DNA of 64,000 nucleotides from Myxococcales bacterium (lineage in GTDB: Bacteria; Myxococcota_A; Polyangia; Polyangiales; DASUME01): positions 8,832,001 to 8,896,000 of the forward strand of contig JASGJH010000001.1 of NCBI GenBank assembly GCA_047601445.1, read 5' to 3'. Below, in pieces: positions 29,835-39,164 of this stretch. The stretch's first letter is position 1; every line of letters begins with the position of its first letter. The notes under the pieces were generated by a model. That model did no database searches, was not told the origin of the DNA, and saw nothing but the letters and a program-made list of their open reading frames with translations. The position numbers and the translations under genes were made by a program.

Positions 29835-31994
29835 ATGGCAAGGGAGGACGCCGCGCGCCCCCGCGTGGAGTCCGTTCTGCGCCTGCCCGAGGCCACTCTA
29901 GCGATGCTGGGTGGTTCTTTGACGTGGTGTCGGACAACGTTGGAAGTGGCTGGTGGCAAGCGCCTCGCGCTGGCCATGTTCGCGCTCGCGTTGCTGCACA
30001 GCCGTGCCTCGCTTGCGCAGTCCAGCGAGGACGGTGCCGATCACTACGGCGCCAGCGCCCGCGTCGCTCGTCCGGTAGCCGCCCGCAACGAAGAAGACGC
30101 GACCGCCGCTGCGACCACCGTGGATCTCGAGAAACGTCCCATGGCGCTCGAGACCTTCCGCGACGTCTTCCCCGAGGTCCCCGGGGCCATGGCGCTGGCC
30201 TCGGGCGGCTACGGCTCGTTCCAGAGTGTGTCGCTCCGTGGCACCGATCAGGCGCAGACCGTCTGGTTGCTCGGTGACGTGCCGCTCAACGGACCTGACA
30301 GCGGCGCCTTCGACATGTCGCTCTTGCCGCTGCCGCAGTTCTCGCGGCTCGAGGTGTACCGCAGCGGAGCCCCCGTGTGGTTCGGCCAGGGCAGCATCGG
30401 TGGCGTGATCCGCGTGGTGCCCCGCGAGGCCGAAGGCACGGGTGTCAGCGCTCAGGCGGGGGCGGGTTCCTTCGGCCGCTACGAGGCGCGCGCGAACAGC
30501 TACGTGTCGAGCTTCGGTCGGCGGCCGATCTCACTCTACAGTGGGATCCAGGTCACCAGCGCCAAGAACGACTTTCTCTACTACGACGACAACAGCACGC
30601 GCTTCGTCAAGGACGACGACGTCGAGCGCCGCCTCAAGAACGCCCAACTGCTCGACGGCACCGGTCTCTTGCATCTGCGCACGAAGCTCGCAGCGGGTCA
30701 CATGGACCTGATCGTCTACGGCCTCGGTCGCACCGGCGGTGTTCCCGGCGCGGGCGGGCGCGACAGCAACGCGACCAAGACGCGCCGTGAGCTACGCCGA
30801 GGGCTGCTGTCGCTGGCATACACCCAGGAGAGCAAGCGCCACGCGCGACGTCACTACCGCCTGCAGGCGCTGGGGAGTGCGCAGGGCGAGCAGCGCGAGC
30901 TCGACGATCCTTTCGCCGAGCTTTCGCTAGGTGGTCCGCGCGCGCTCGAGCAGAACCTGGCGCGCTTGACCGGTCGCTTGGCGGGCTCGTTCGACCTCAC
31001 GCGTGTCATCGAGGCCACGCTGATCGGGAACTACACCTTCGATCGCTTTCGGGACGACGACGCGATCCAGGCATCACCGCTTGGACCCTCCACGCGCCAC
31101 ACGCAGGCTGCGGTCGGCGAGCTGCGCCTGCACGGCCGCGTGCTGGGCTTGCGCGCCGAGCTGCGTGGCTCCGTGCGCGCCGAGTTCAGTCAGACGGCGC
31201 TCTCGTTGATCCGCGTCAAGACACGTACCCACGAAGAGTCCACGCTGCGCAACCAGACCTATCGCCTGGCAGGCTTGATCGAACCCTGGGCTGGCCTCAC
31301 CGTGCGCAGCTCGGTCGGCACGGGCCGGCGCCTACCTTCGATGCTCGAGCTGTTCGGTGACGGCGTGAACATCGTGCCGAACCCGGACCTGTTGCCCGAG
31401 AGCGGGACCTACGCCGACGCCGGCCTGGTGTACAGCGGCACCCTCGGCAAGATGTGCATGGTGCTCGAGGCCAACGGCTTCTGGAATCGGGTCGACGACA
31501 AGATCGTCCAGGTCTCCAACAGCTTCAAGACGATGGCTACCAACGCGGGCAATGCAGAAGCAATCGGCAGCGAGCTCGGAGCGGAGTTGTCATACCTGCG
31601 CAACCTGCGGCTCGTGACCGCCGCGACCTTCATGGACACCAGCAACAAGCTGGACCGCCCCGGCGCCGTGCCGCGCCAGCTGCCGCGCCAACCCAAGGCT
31701 CGCGCTTACGCTCGGCTCGAGGCGTCCACCTTCTTTTCGAGTGCACTCGAGCGCCTGACTGTGTTCGGCACCGTGGAGTACGTGTCCACTTTCTATTACA
31801 GCATCGCCAACGACGTGCCGCGCTCTCCGCTCACCAAGGTCGGGCTCGGGGCCGCGCTCGGCTTCCTCGAAGACCGCGTCGAACTTCAGGTGCGCGTGTC
31901 CGATCTGCTCGATGCACGTGGCCAGGATTATCAGCGCCTGCCGTTGCCGGGGCGCTTTATTGGATTTCTACTCAGTGTGAAAGAGGAGTCGTGA
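29835..31994 (+). CDS. btuB: TonB-dependent receptor, BtuB-like (start uncertain)
   Basis: Plug motifs VPG...SLRG...DVPLN...LEVYRSG...IGGVI; barrel NPDLLPESG; PLPGR near the C-terminus; under a B12 riboswitch. Confidence 0.8.
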   Translation: MAREDAARPRVESVLRLPEATLAMLGGSLTWCRTTLEVAGGKRLALAMFALALLHSRASLAQSSEDGADHYGASARVARPVAARNEEDATAAATTVDLEKRPMALETFRDVFPEVPGAMALASGGYGSFQSVSLRGTDQAQTVWLLGDVPLNGPDSGAFDMSLLPLPQFSRLEVYRSGAPVWFGQGSIGGVIRVVPREAEGTGVSAQAGAGSFGRYEARANSYVSSFGRRPISLYSGIQVTSAKNDFLYYDDNSTRFVKDDDVERRLKNAQLLDGTGLLHLRTKLAAGHMDLIVYGLGRTGGVPGAGGRDSNATKTRRELRRGLLSLAYTQESKRHARRHYRLQALGSAQGEQRELDDPFAELSLGGPRALEQNLARLTGRLAGSFDLTRVIEATLIGNYTFDRFRDDDAIQASPLGPSTRHTQAAVGELRLHGRVLGLRAELRGSVRAEFSQTALSLIRVKTRTHEESTLRNQTYRLAGLIEPWAGLTVRSSVGTGRRLPSMLELFGDGVNIVPNPDLLPESGTYADAGLVYSGTLGKMCMVLEANGFWNRVDDKIVQVSNSFKTMATNAGNAEAIGSELGAELSYLRNLRLVTAATFMDTSNKLDRPGAVPRQLPRQPKARAYARLEASTFFSSALERLTVFGTVEYVSTFYYSIANDVPRSPLTKVGLGAALGFLEDRVELQVRVSDLLDARGQDYQRLPLPGRFIGFLLSVKEES

Positions 31995-33265
31995 TGAACA
32001 AGTCGCTCATTCTATGGTCCAGTGCTGCCCTGCTCTCGCTCGCGGCCTGCAACGATGAGGCCCAAGAGGGCATCCCGCTGCTCAGCGGCAAGCCGGCGTT
32101 CGCAGTGCAGCTCTCGAACTTCAACGACTCCGCCGGCGTCGCCCTGATCGATGGCGAAGGCAAGCTGCTCGAGGCGAAGTATCTCTCGTCGGGCAGCGCC
32201 CTGCCTGGCTTGAACGCCGCGATCCCGAGCGACATCGCGTTGCCCTCCACGCCCTGCGGCGAGGGCGACACCCTGACGTTGCTCGCGCGCTTGATGGGCG
32301 ACTTCGTGCTGCAGGTGAACCTCGACGACAGCTCCGTGATCGACCAGTTCCGTACCCAGACGTCCACTGGCGACACGGCCTACTCCAGCAACCCTCAGGA
32401 TCTCTTGTGCCTTGGCGACGGCCGCGCCGTCGTCAGCCGCCTCGGACACAACGAGGGCGCGGCGCCCACCGACCTCGACCGCGGCGACGACCTCGTGGTG
32501 GTGGACCTCGCGAAGGGCCAGCTCCTCTCGCGCATCGACCTCGGCGCCTACCAGGGCCAGGTCACCGCGACCGACTACGACACCAACGCCGAAGTCGTCG
32601 AGACCACCTTCGCCAGCCCCGGCAGCATCGTCGCGGTCGGACCCAAGCACGCCATCGTCGGTCTCTCGCGCCTCAGCGCCAACTTCAACGCCAACACCGT
32701 GGGCCAGGTGGCGCTGCTCGATCTCGACGCGCTGACCACCAAGCCGTTCGCGATCGACGGCCTCGCGAACTGCGGCTCCGTGTATCGCGTGCCGGGTCGC
32801 GACGACGCCGCAATCGTGCAGTGCGCCGGCGCCTACTACGGTAACCCCGACAACTCCGGCCTGGCCCTGGTCTCGGTGACCAATGGCGAAGCCAAGGTCG
32901 AGAACGTGTTCAAGGTGGCCCTCGAAGGCGTGTCGTTGAGCAGCTCGCCCACGCCCCTCGGCGGCACCCGCGTGATCGCCACCACCGCCAACTTCGCCAA
33001 GAAGCCCGACGGCACGCGTACCGCCGACAAGGCCTACGTGGTCGACCTCAAGGACGGCAGCTACCAGGAGCTCTTCACCGCTTCCACCGCGGGCGACATC
33101 GGTTCTGGATCCGTTCGCGCCGATACGGGCCTCGTGCTGGTGCCCGATCTCAGCGCCGGTATCCGCGTGTTCGAGCTCAAGGATGACCAGCTGACGGCGA
33201 AGGACTCGCTGCCCATCGATCCGGTCGTGCCGGCCCGCAACATCCGCCCGCTGTACGCGTTCTGA
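31994..33265 (+). CDS. Lipoprotein, probable beta-propeller, co-regulated with the B12 receptor
   Basis: Lipobox LAAC; TGATG coupling to the receptor gene; repeated beta-blade-like segments (NPQD, LVVVDL, VALLDL, YVVDL). Confidence 0.7.
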   Translation: MNKSLILWSSAALLSLAACNDEAQEGIPLLSGKPAFAVQLSNFNDSAGVALIDGEGKLLEAKYLSSGSALPGLNAAIPSDIALPSTPCGEGDTLTLLARLMGDFVLQVNLDDSSVIDQFRTQTSTGDTAYSSNPQDLLCLGDGRAVVSRLGHNEGAAPTDLDRGDDLVVVDLAKGQLLSRIDLGAYQGQVTATDYDTNAEVVETTFASPGSIVAVGPKHAIVGLSRLSANFNANTVGQVALLDLDALTTKPFAIDGLANCGSVYRVPGRDDAAIVQCAGAYYGNPDNSGLALVSVTNGEAKVENVFKVALEGVSLSSSPTPLGGTRVIATTANFAKKPDGTRTADKAYVVDLKDGSYQELFTASTAGDIGSGSVRADTGLVLVPDLSAGIRVFELKDDQLTAKDSLPIDPVVPARNIRPLYAF

Positions 33266-33300
33266 GCGCCCCTCGCGGCGGCGGTCTCGAGCAGCGCGGC

Positions 33301-34785
33301 TCAGAACGCGAAGTCGAGATAGCCGCCGAGCGCGAGGATGCGCAGGTTGTAGGTACCGTTGCCGAGGTCGTAGTCCGAGCTCGCCACGCGCCGCTCGAGG
33401 ATGGTCTGTAGCTGTCCGTCGAGCAGAATGCGCACGTTGTCCGTGAGACGTTGCGATAGGCCGAGCGCCGCGTGCACACGCGTGCCGTCGGGCGACGCCA
33501 TGTCGATGGTGCTATCGGGACTGGCTCCGGTCTCGATGCCGAGCATCCCCCAGACCGCCAGCTCCTCCGAGACCAGGTAGCGCAATCGTGTACGCACGCC
33601 GTAGGTGTCGCGCCAGGCGCGCGCCAGCTTGAGGCCAGTCGACGAGGGCAAACCGAGCATGGGCTGCGCCAGCGAGGGCGACTTGATGCGAACGTCGAAG
33701 TTGTCCACCGAGGACCAGCCCGTGTAGCTGCCTTCGAGGCTCACGTTGACCTGCCGCTCATCGCCCATCTGCTCGCCGAACCCGTAGCGAATGCCGTAGC
33801 GCACCGTGCGCGGCAGCGTGAAGGCAAGCGACGCTTTGCCCTTCACCAGAGCCGGATACTTGAGGCCCTGGCTCTGCAGATCCTGGGTGAAGAATGGATC
33901 GTCCATGTCGAGCGTGAAGTCGCCCCGGAACGTCATCTTGGTGGTGTGCTCGTAGCTCGCCGCCAGCCACAAATCCTTGAGTGGCTGAGCGGTGATACCC
34001 GCGCTGAACGTGAAGCCGTTCGCCACGCCGTTCTTGAAGTGGAAGGGCCGCGCCATGGTGTCGAGCTCGCGTACACCGGGATCGGCGTTGGGACCGAAGC
34101 TGTTGCTCTGGCCGATGGGCGGGCGGGCGAGCGCGTCACCCAGGTCGCTCAAGGTCGCCAGGTCCTGGGTCTTGGCCAGGTCCGCATATCCCATCACGTA
34201 GGAGACGCCGAGACCGATGGAGAGCTCTTCGATAGGCTGATAAGCGATGGTCGGCGTGAACTGGCCTGCCGCGATGAAGGCGTCGGTGAGCTGGAAGCGC
34301 TGCGGACCGTTCTTGGGCAAGTGCAGCATTGCCGCGTAGGGTACGTAGATGCCCAGGCCCACGACCAGCGGCAGATCCCCGAGCTGGGTCGATCCGAAGA
34401 TGCTCGGCACGAGTCCCACGGGTCGATCGCTCACCTCGCGCTCTTTGCCGCGCTTCTTGGGATCCACCAGGCTCGGGTCGATGGGCAGGGCGAAGTCGAG
34501 GGAGTCGCTGTACTGGTAGGTTGCGAAGCGCTCGCGCTGATAGCTCAGTTTGCCGATCAGGATGTTGCCACCGCCGATCACGCGGGTGCCCTTCACGAAG
34601 CCGATGCCCGCCGGGTTCTGTGCGAGTACCGAGGGATCCGTGGTGGTCGTGACGCCGGTGCTGCTCGGCCCCACGCTCGGCGCGGCAAAGCCCGAGGCTT
34701 GGACCTTTTGGAGCGGGCCCGTGAGTGTGAACGCACCCACGGAGAGGGCCGCCAAAATGCTCTTGAGTGAACGCAAACGAACCAC
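33301..34785 (-). CDS. FadL/OmpP1-family outer-membrane transporter
   Basis: Signal peptide ..VQA|SG; hatch motif QNPAGI; GLGIYVPY; terminal beta-signal GYLDFAF. Confidence 0.85.
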   Translation of the reverse strand: MVRLRSLKSILAALSVGAFTLTGPLQKVQASGFAAPSVGPSSTGVTTTTDPSVLAQNPAGIGFVKGTRVIGGGNILIGKLSYQRERFATYQYSDSLDFALPIDPSLVDPKKRGKEREVSDRPVGLVPSIFGSTQLGDLPLVVGLGIYVPYAAMLHLPKNGPQRFQLTDAFIAAGQFTPTIAYQPIEELSIGLGVSYVMGYADLAKTQDLATLSDLGDALARPPIGQSNSFGPNADPGVRELDTMARPFHFKNGVANGFTFSAGITAQPLKDLWLAASYEHTTKMTFRGDFTLDMDDPFFTQDLQSQGLKYPALVKGKASLAFTLPRTVRYGIRYGFGEQMGDERQVNVSLEGSYTGWSSVDNFDVRIKSPSLAQPMLGLPSSTGLKLARAWRDTYGVRTRLRYLVSEELAVWGMLGIETGASPDSTIDMASPDGTRVHAALGLSQRLTDNVRILLDGQLQTILERRVASSDYDLGNGTYNLRILALGGYLDFAF

Positions 34786-34788
34786 CCT

Positions 34789-36531
34789 TCAGCGCACGCG
34801 TGTGATGGTGAGATGCCTTCGATTGGGGCTCGGCTTGCCACCGGCCGTCAGCTTGAACACGGCGCCGGCATCGTCGCTCATGTAGAGCTCCGGATGGTCG
34901 TCGAGCCGCACTTTCTCGTGGTCGGTGTCGCCGTCGAGCGGCAACAGCGAGCTCACCTTGTTGGTGAGCGCGGCGTCGCTGAAGAAGCCGATCTGCGTGT
35001 AGTTGTAGGGGCGCACGGGTTGCCCCTGGTCGTCCACGGCGATGTCGTCCTGATTCACGAAGAACAACCAATCCCCCTGGAGGCTCGCCAGATTGCTGGG
35101 GCTGCTACGGTAGTAGTAGAAGTCCGCCGCGCCCTCGGTGGTGTCGATGATCTCCTCGGCGATATCGAGCAGCGAGTACGGGTTCTGCTGCAGGTTTTGT
35201 CGCATGAGCTGCTCGAGCGTGGCGGTGTCGGTGCCCACCGGGATGTTCTCGAGCTTGAACTCGACGTTGGCAGTGCCTTCGGGCAGGTTGCCGTCGTGCA
35301 AACGCACCTGAGCGATCTCGAGCAGCATGTCCCAGACGTACGAGGACGGCGGCGGCGAACCGAGACCACCTTGCACGGAGATGGTCTGCCATCCCTTCTC
35401 GACCACGGCTTTGAAGATGGGATCGTTCTTGCCGGGCGACGTGTAGCTGACCTCGCTAGAAAGGTCCGAGAAGGCGCGCTGCGCGGCACCGATGAGTACG
35501 CGCTCCAGGGTCCAGGGCGGGAGCTCCCAGGCAGGGGAAGAGCCGATGCCGGTGGGGACGGGCGTGCGACCGCCCTCTACGAAGCCGTCCGACTCCACGA
35601 TGCGGAACGAGAGCTGGTCGATCTTCGGGATGCCCTCCACCAGGCCCTCCACGCGCAACCAGTTGGGATCGTCGAAGTCGAACAGTGCCTTGATCTGACT
35701 GCGCACCGAGTTGACGCTCGTGTCGGAGCCGTTGGTCAGGTCGATGCCCTTGTAGGGCAAGGCGTTCGCGTTGGCGCGCACCGTGATCGCAAAATCGTCG
35801 GTGAGTACGCTGGCACGGGTCTGACCCGCCACGAAGCCCGGATGGGTGACGCCGTTCTTTTCATACGGTCCGAAGCGCTCCCCGAGGCTCACGAAGTCGC
35901 TGGCGACGTCACCCAAGGTGACCGGGATGGCGCCCTGGGCGACCGGGTACATGCCGTCGGGATGCTCCTCGGTGATGGGGCCGGCACGCATGCGCGTGTT
36001 CGGGTGCGTCATGATCACTTGGTCGAGCACCGTCTGAGCCACGATGCGGTCGGACAGGAAGGGATCTTCCACGTTGATATGGAACAGATCCGCCAACACC
36101 TGTTCGGGGGCCACGCCGAGTAGCGGCGCCAGATCGATCAAGCGTTCGATGTCGGTTCCCGTGAGCACCGCGGTGTCGGGTGTCATCGTGAGCAAGGCCT
36201 GCATATTCCGCTCCGCTTGGCCGAGCGTGTTGGGATCGAGGGCGCGGATCGCAGCCAGCGAGTTGTCGAGCAGCTGCGGTGAGCTAGCGCCGCTCGAGAG
36301 ATCCAGATCGAGCAGCCACAGGCGCTCCTGGGCGTCCTTGGGTAGCGCCAAGATGTCGGCGCGGGTCAGGCGCTTCTCGAAGTTGCTCACGTCGAAGCGC
36401 AAGAAGCGCAGCTCCACCTCGCGCGTCTCGCTGACGCCGATCTTGGTAGGCTCGGGGCTCAGCACTGGATCGGGACCTGAGCAAGCACTCAGACCCAACA
36501 CGAACCAGCTCACGGTCAGGGCGCGTCTCAC
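34789..36531 (-). CDS. Lipoprotein of unknown function (paralog 3, core domain only)
   Basis: Lipobox LSAC; shares MTPDTA, HPGF, WDMLLEIAQVRLHD, GFFSDAALT and HEKV motifs with the two upstream genes. Confidence 0.75.
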   Translation of the reverse strand: MRRALTVSWFVLGLSACSGPDPVLSPEPTKIGVSETREVELRFLRFDVSNFEKRLTRADILALPKDAQERLWLLDLDLSSGASSPQLLDNSLAAIRALDPNTLGQAERNMQALLTMTPDTAVLTGTDIERLIDLAPLLGVAPEQVLADLFHINVEDPFLSDRIVAQTVLDQVIMTHPNTRMRAGPITEEHPDGMYPVAQGAIPVTLGDVASDFVSLGERFGPYEKNGVTHPGFVAGQTRASVLTDDFAITVRANANALPYKGIDLTNGSDTSVNSVRSQIKALFDFDDPNWLRVEGLVEGIPKIDQLSFRIVESDGFVEGGRTPVPTGIGSSPAWELPPWTLERVLIGAAQRAFSDLSSEVSYTSPGKNDPIFKAVVEKGWQTISVQGGLGSPPPSSYVWDMLLEIAQVRLHDGNLPEGTANVEFKLENIPVGTDTATLEQLMRQNLQQNPYSLLDIAEEIIDTTEGAADFYYYRSSPSNLASLQGDWLFFVNQDDIAVDDQGQPVRPYNYTQIGFFSDAALTNKVSSLLPLDGDTDHEKVRLDDHPELYMSDDAGAVFKLTAGGKPSPNRRHLTITRVR

Positions 36532-39164
36532 TGCAACACTCCCGCGGGACTCACCTGCACACCGACGCGGTTGCCGTCGCGCTGCACGATCTCAATCTGG
36601 AACGGTTCACCCTTTTCGTCCGCCGCGTAGTACTTGGCCCCCACGGTGGCGGGCACCTTCTCGTGCGTGGAGTCGTTTGCGCCGCCCAGCGGAGCGAGCG
36701 TGGAGACCTTCTGCGTGAGCGCGGCATCGCCGAAGAAGCCCGGCGTGGGGTAGGCGTAGGCGCCTTCGCTGTCGCCCGCGGCGCGGAACAGGAGCACACC
36801 GTCTGCGCCATCCACCGGCTCGTAGAAGAAGTCTGCGCTCGACGCGGCCAAGCCGAGATCGCCCACGAACAGCTCGGAGAGCTTGGTCTCCTGCTCGGCC
36901 AATCGTGGGCGAAGCTTCTCCACGAGCTGGTCGGCCGTGAGGCCGATCGACAGGTCGTTGAGCGTGAAGGCCATGTCGGCCATGCCCTCGGCCACACCAT
37001 TATCGTGCAGGCGCACCTGGGCGACCTCCATCAGCAGATCCCACGCGTAGATATCGGGCGGCACGTTGCCGATGTTGCCCGCAGTCTCCACGTGCACCCA
37101 ACCGTGGTCCCAGCCGATCACCGCAGCGTCCTTAATGGAGCCCGCGTCGTAGTGGAGCTCGTGCTTGTAGCTGGTGTTGGCATAGGCATCGAAGAACATG
37201 CGGTAGCCGATTTCCACCGTGGCGTGCTCGAAGAACCAGGGACTCACGGCGTAGCCCTGGCTATTGCCGCGATAGAACCCTGGATGCGCCGCGTCCGGAC
37301 TCGCGTACCGGTTGGTGCCGCCTTTGAGCATGGCGCCTGGCGCTTCCTTGAGGCGGATGCGCAGGTTGACCGTGGGCTCGTCCTTCAGGCCCACCACGGA
37401 GAACTGGTCCTCGAGCACGTTGAAGTCCAGCACGCGATCGCCGTTGAGCAGGAAGAAGAAGTCCTTGCTCGAGCGACTCAAGTCGACCGCATCGTACTGC
37501 ACCAGGTTCGAGTGCACGGGCAGCGAGAGCAAGAAGCCCGACTCGAGCACCTCCGAGTAGCTCTGGCCGTCCAAGAAGCCCGGGTGCGCACCAGCGGGGC
37601 CGAAGCGCGGGGCCAGCGTGGTCAGGTTCTGCAGCACGTCGTACAGGCTGATGTCGATGACGTAGGCGCCGTTCGCGTCCTGCTGGATGTTCGGATGGGT
37701 GCCGATCAACTTCTCGGTCAGCACGTCTGCCGCGACGTCCGGGTCGACGATGAAATCCGTGATACCCCTGCCGAGCAGCTGCGAGAGGATGCGCGGCGAG
37801 GGCAGACCGACCGCATTGGCCACGTTGAGGAGATCCTCGATGGACGTGCCGCTCAAGTCCGCCGTGTCGGGCGTCATGTTCAGGATGCGCTGCAAGTTCT
37901 TCTCGGCGCTGCCCCAAGCGGAGGTGTCCACGCCGAAGCGCTCGGGCTCGCGAATGCGCTCCAGCGCCTGTTTGATCGACGGCTTGAGGTCCACCTGCAC
38001 CACCGACAGGCTCTTCTGGTCCGCTTCGTCGAGCAGGTCCTCCAGGTTGAAGCGATCCATCTCGATCTGGGTCTCGCCGGCGTTGCGGCGCGGCTCACCC
38101 AGCCACAGCATGCGCTGGCGAGTCAGCGAGAGATCCACACGGTTCTCGTTGCCCGCTCGATCGCGCGCTACCACCTCGAAGGCGTTGATGCCCTGGGCCA
38201 GGAGCAAGTTGGCCTTCCACGGAGAGAGCGCACCCAGCTCGAGCAGCGCGCCATCGGCCGCCTGGATCTCGACCTGTTCGATGCCACTCGGATCACTGGC
38301 CGTGCCCTCGACCTCCAAAGAAGCGGCGGTCGTCTCGCGCGCACTGGAGGTGACTTCGAGCAGGGGCGGGGTGCTGTCCTGGGTTACCACGAACTGCGCC
38401 ATCGTGCTGCGCTGGTCGGGGTCGCGCGCCTCCACCTCGATGGTGTTCTCCACGTTCTCGGCCAGCGTGAGCGGCAGCGCGAAGGCTCCGTTGGCATCGA
38501 GTTGGGGCGACATGCGAGGGCCGTCCGCGAGGCCCAGAAACACCTCGGCGCCCGCGATCTTGCCGCTGCTGGTGGAGACTTGTCCCGTGACGCAGACCTG
38601 CTTCACCGAGGTGACCGCATCGCGCAGCTCGCTGGTCTCGCTACAGGGATTGCCGCGGTCCACCGCCGCCTGGGAGGGCCTGCGCACGCTGATCCTCAGG
38701 CCCGGCGCCTCACCGCGGTACTCGAGGGCGTAGACGAGCCGGCGCACCCGGGTCTGGTCCTCGGTCTCGACGCGGATCAAGAGGCGGTTGGTGCCATGCG
38801 TGAGCGGGACCTTGAGCCGGAAACGCTGGTCGGGTCCGGGTTCGCCTTCCGAGGCTGCGGGCCGCATGTCCACCGCTTGATCCACGCCGGTGGCGTCCTT
38901 CTCGAGGCGTCCGATGAACACACGCAGCGGCAACCGCGGCTCGGCTTCGGAGTAGGCCGCCACCACGAACTCCGGCACCGCGCCCTCGAAGGTCTCGGAC
39001 AGCTTCGGATGCTCCACCCAGGCATAGAGCCCACCTTCTTCGGTGGGGGTAGAGAGCGAAGTCGGATCACCGTAGTCCCGCGGTGTGAACTCCGAGGCAC
39101 AACCTTGAACTCCCGACACCAGATACGCGCCGAGGAGCAGACGCCACCAAGCCGAACCCATCAC
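36528..39164 (-). CDS. Lipoprotein of unknown function (paralog 2), Ig-like repeats plus core domain
   Basis: Lipobox VQGC; Ig-like DSTPPLLEV...GTASD...ARDRAGN; shared core domain. Confidence 0.75.
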   Translation of the reverse strand: MMGSAWWRLLLGAYLVSGVQGCASEFTPRDYGDPTSLSTPTEEGGLYAWVEHPKLSETFEGAVPEFVVAAYSEAEPRLPLRVFIGRLEKDATGVDQAVDMRPAASEGEPGPDQRFRLKVPLTHGTNRLLIRVETEDQTRVRRLVYALEYRGEAPGLRISVRRPSQAAVDRGNPCSETSELRDAVTSVKQVCVTGQVSTSSGKIAGAEVFLGLADGPRMSPQLDANGAFALPLTLAENVENTIEVEARDPDQRSTMAQFVVTQDSTPPLLEVTSSARETTAASLEVEGTASDPSGIEQVEIQAADGALLELGALSPWKANLLLAQGINAFEVVARDRAGNENRVDLSLTRQRMLWLGEPRRNAGETQIEMDRFNLEDLLDEADQKSLSVVQVDLKPSIKQALERIREPERFGVDTSAWGSAEKNLQRILNMTPDTADLSGTSIEDLLNVANAVGLPSPRILSQLLGRGITDFIVDPDVAADVLTEKLIGTHPNIQQDANGAYVIDISLYDVLQNLTTLAPRFGPAGAHPGFLDGQSYSEVLESGFLLSLPVHSNLVQYDAVDLSRSSKDFFFLLNGDRVLDFNVLEDQFSVVGLKDEPTVNLRIRLKEAPGAMLKGGTNRYASPDAAHPGFYRGNSQGYAVSPWFFEHATVEIGYRMFFDAYANTSYKHELHYDAGSIKDAAVIGWDHGWVHVETAGNIGNVPPDIYAWDLLMEVAQVRLHDNGVAEGMADMAFTLNDLSIGLTADQLVEKLRPRLAEQETKLSELFVGDLGLAASSADFFYEPVDGADGVLLFRAAGDSEGAYAYPTPGFFGDAALTQKVSTLAPLGGANDSTHEKVPATVGAKYYAADEKGEPFQIEIVQRDGNRVGVQVSPAGVLQ

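Noticed and set aside
29296..29937. N-terminal extension of the spermidine-synthase-like ORF
   Set aside because: It runs antisense through the riboswitch and the low-complexity repeat; the domain begins at 29295.
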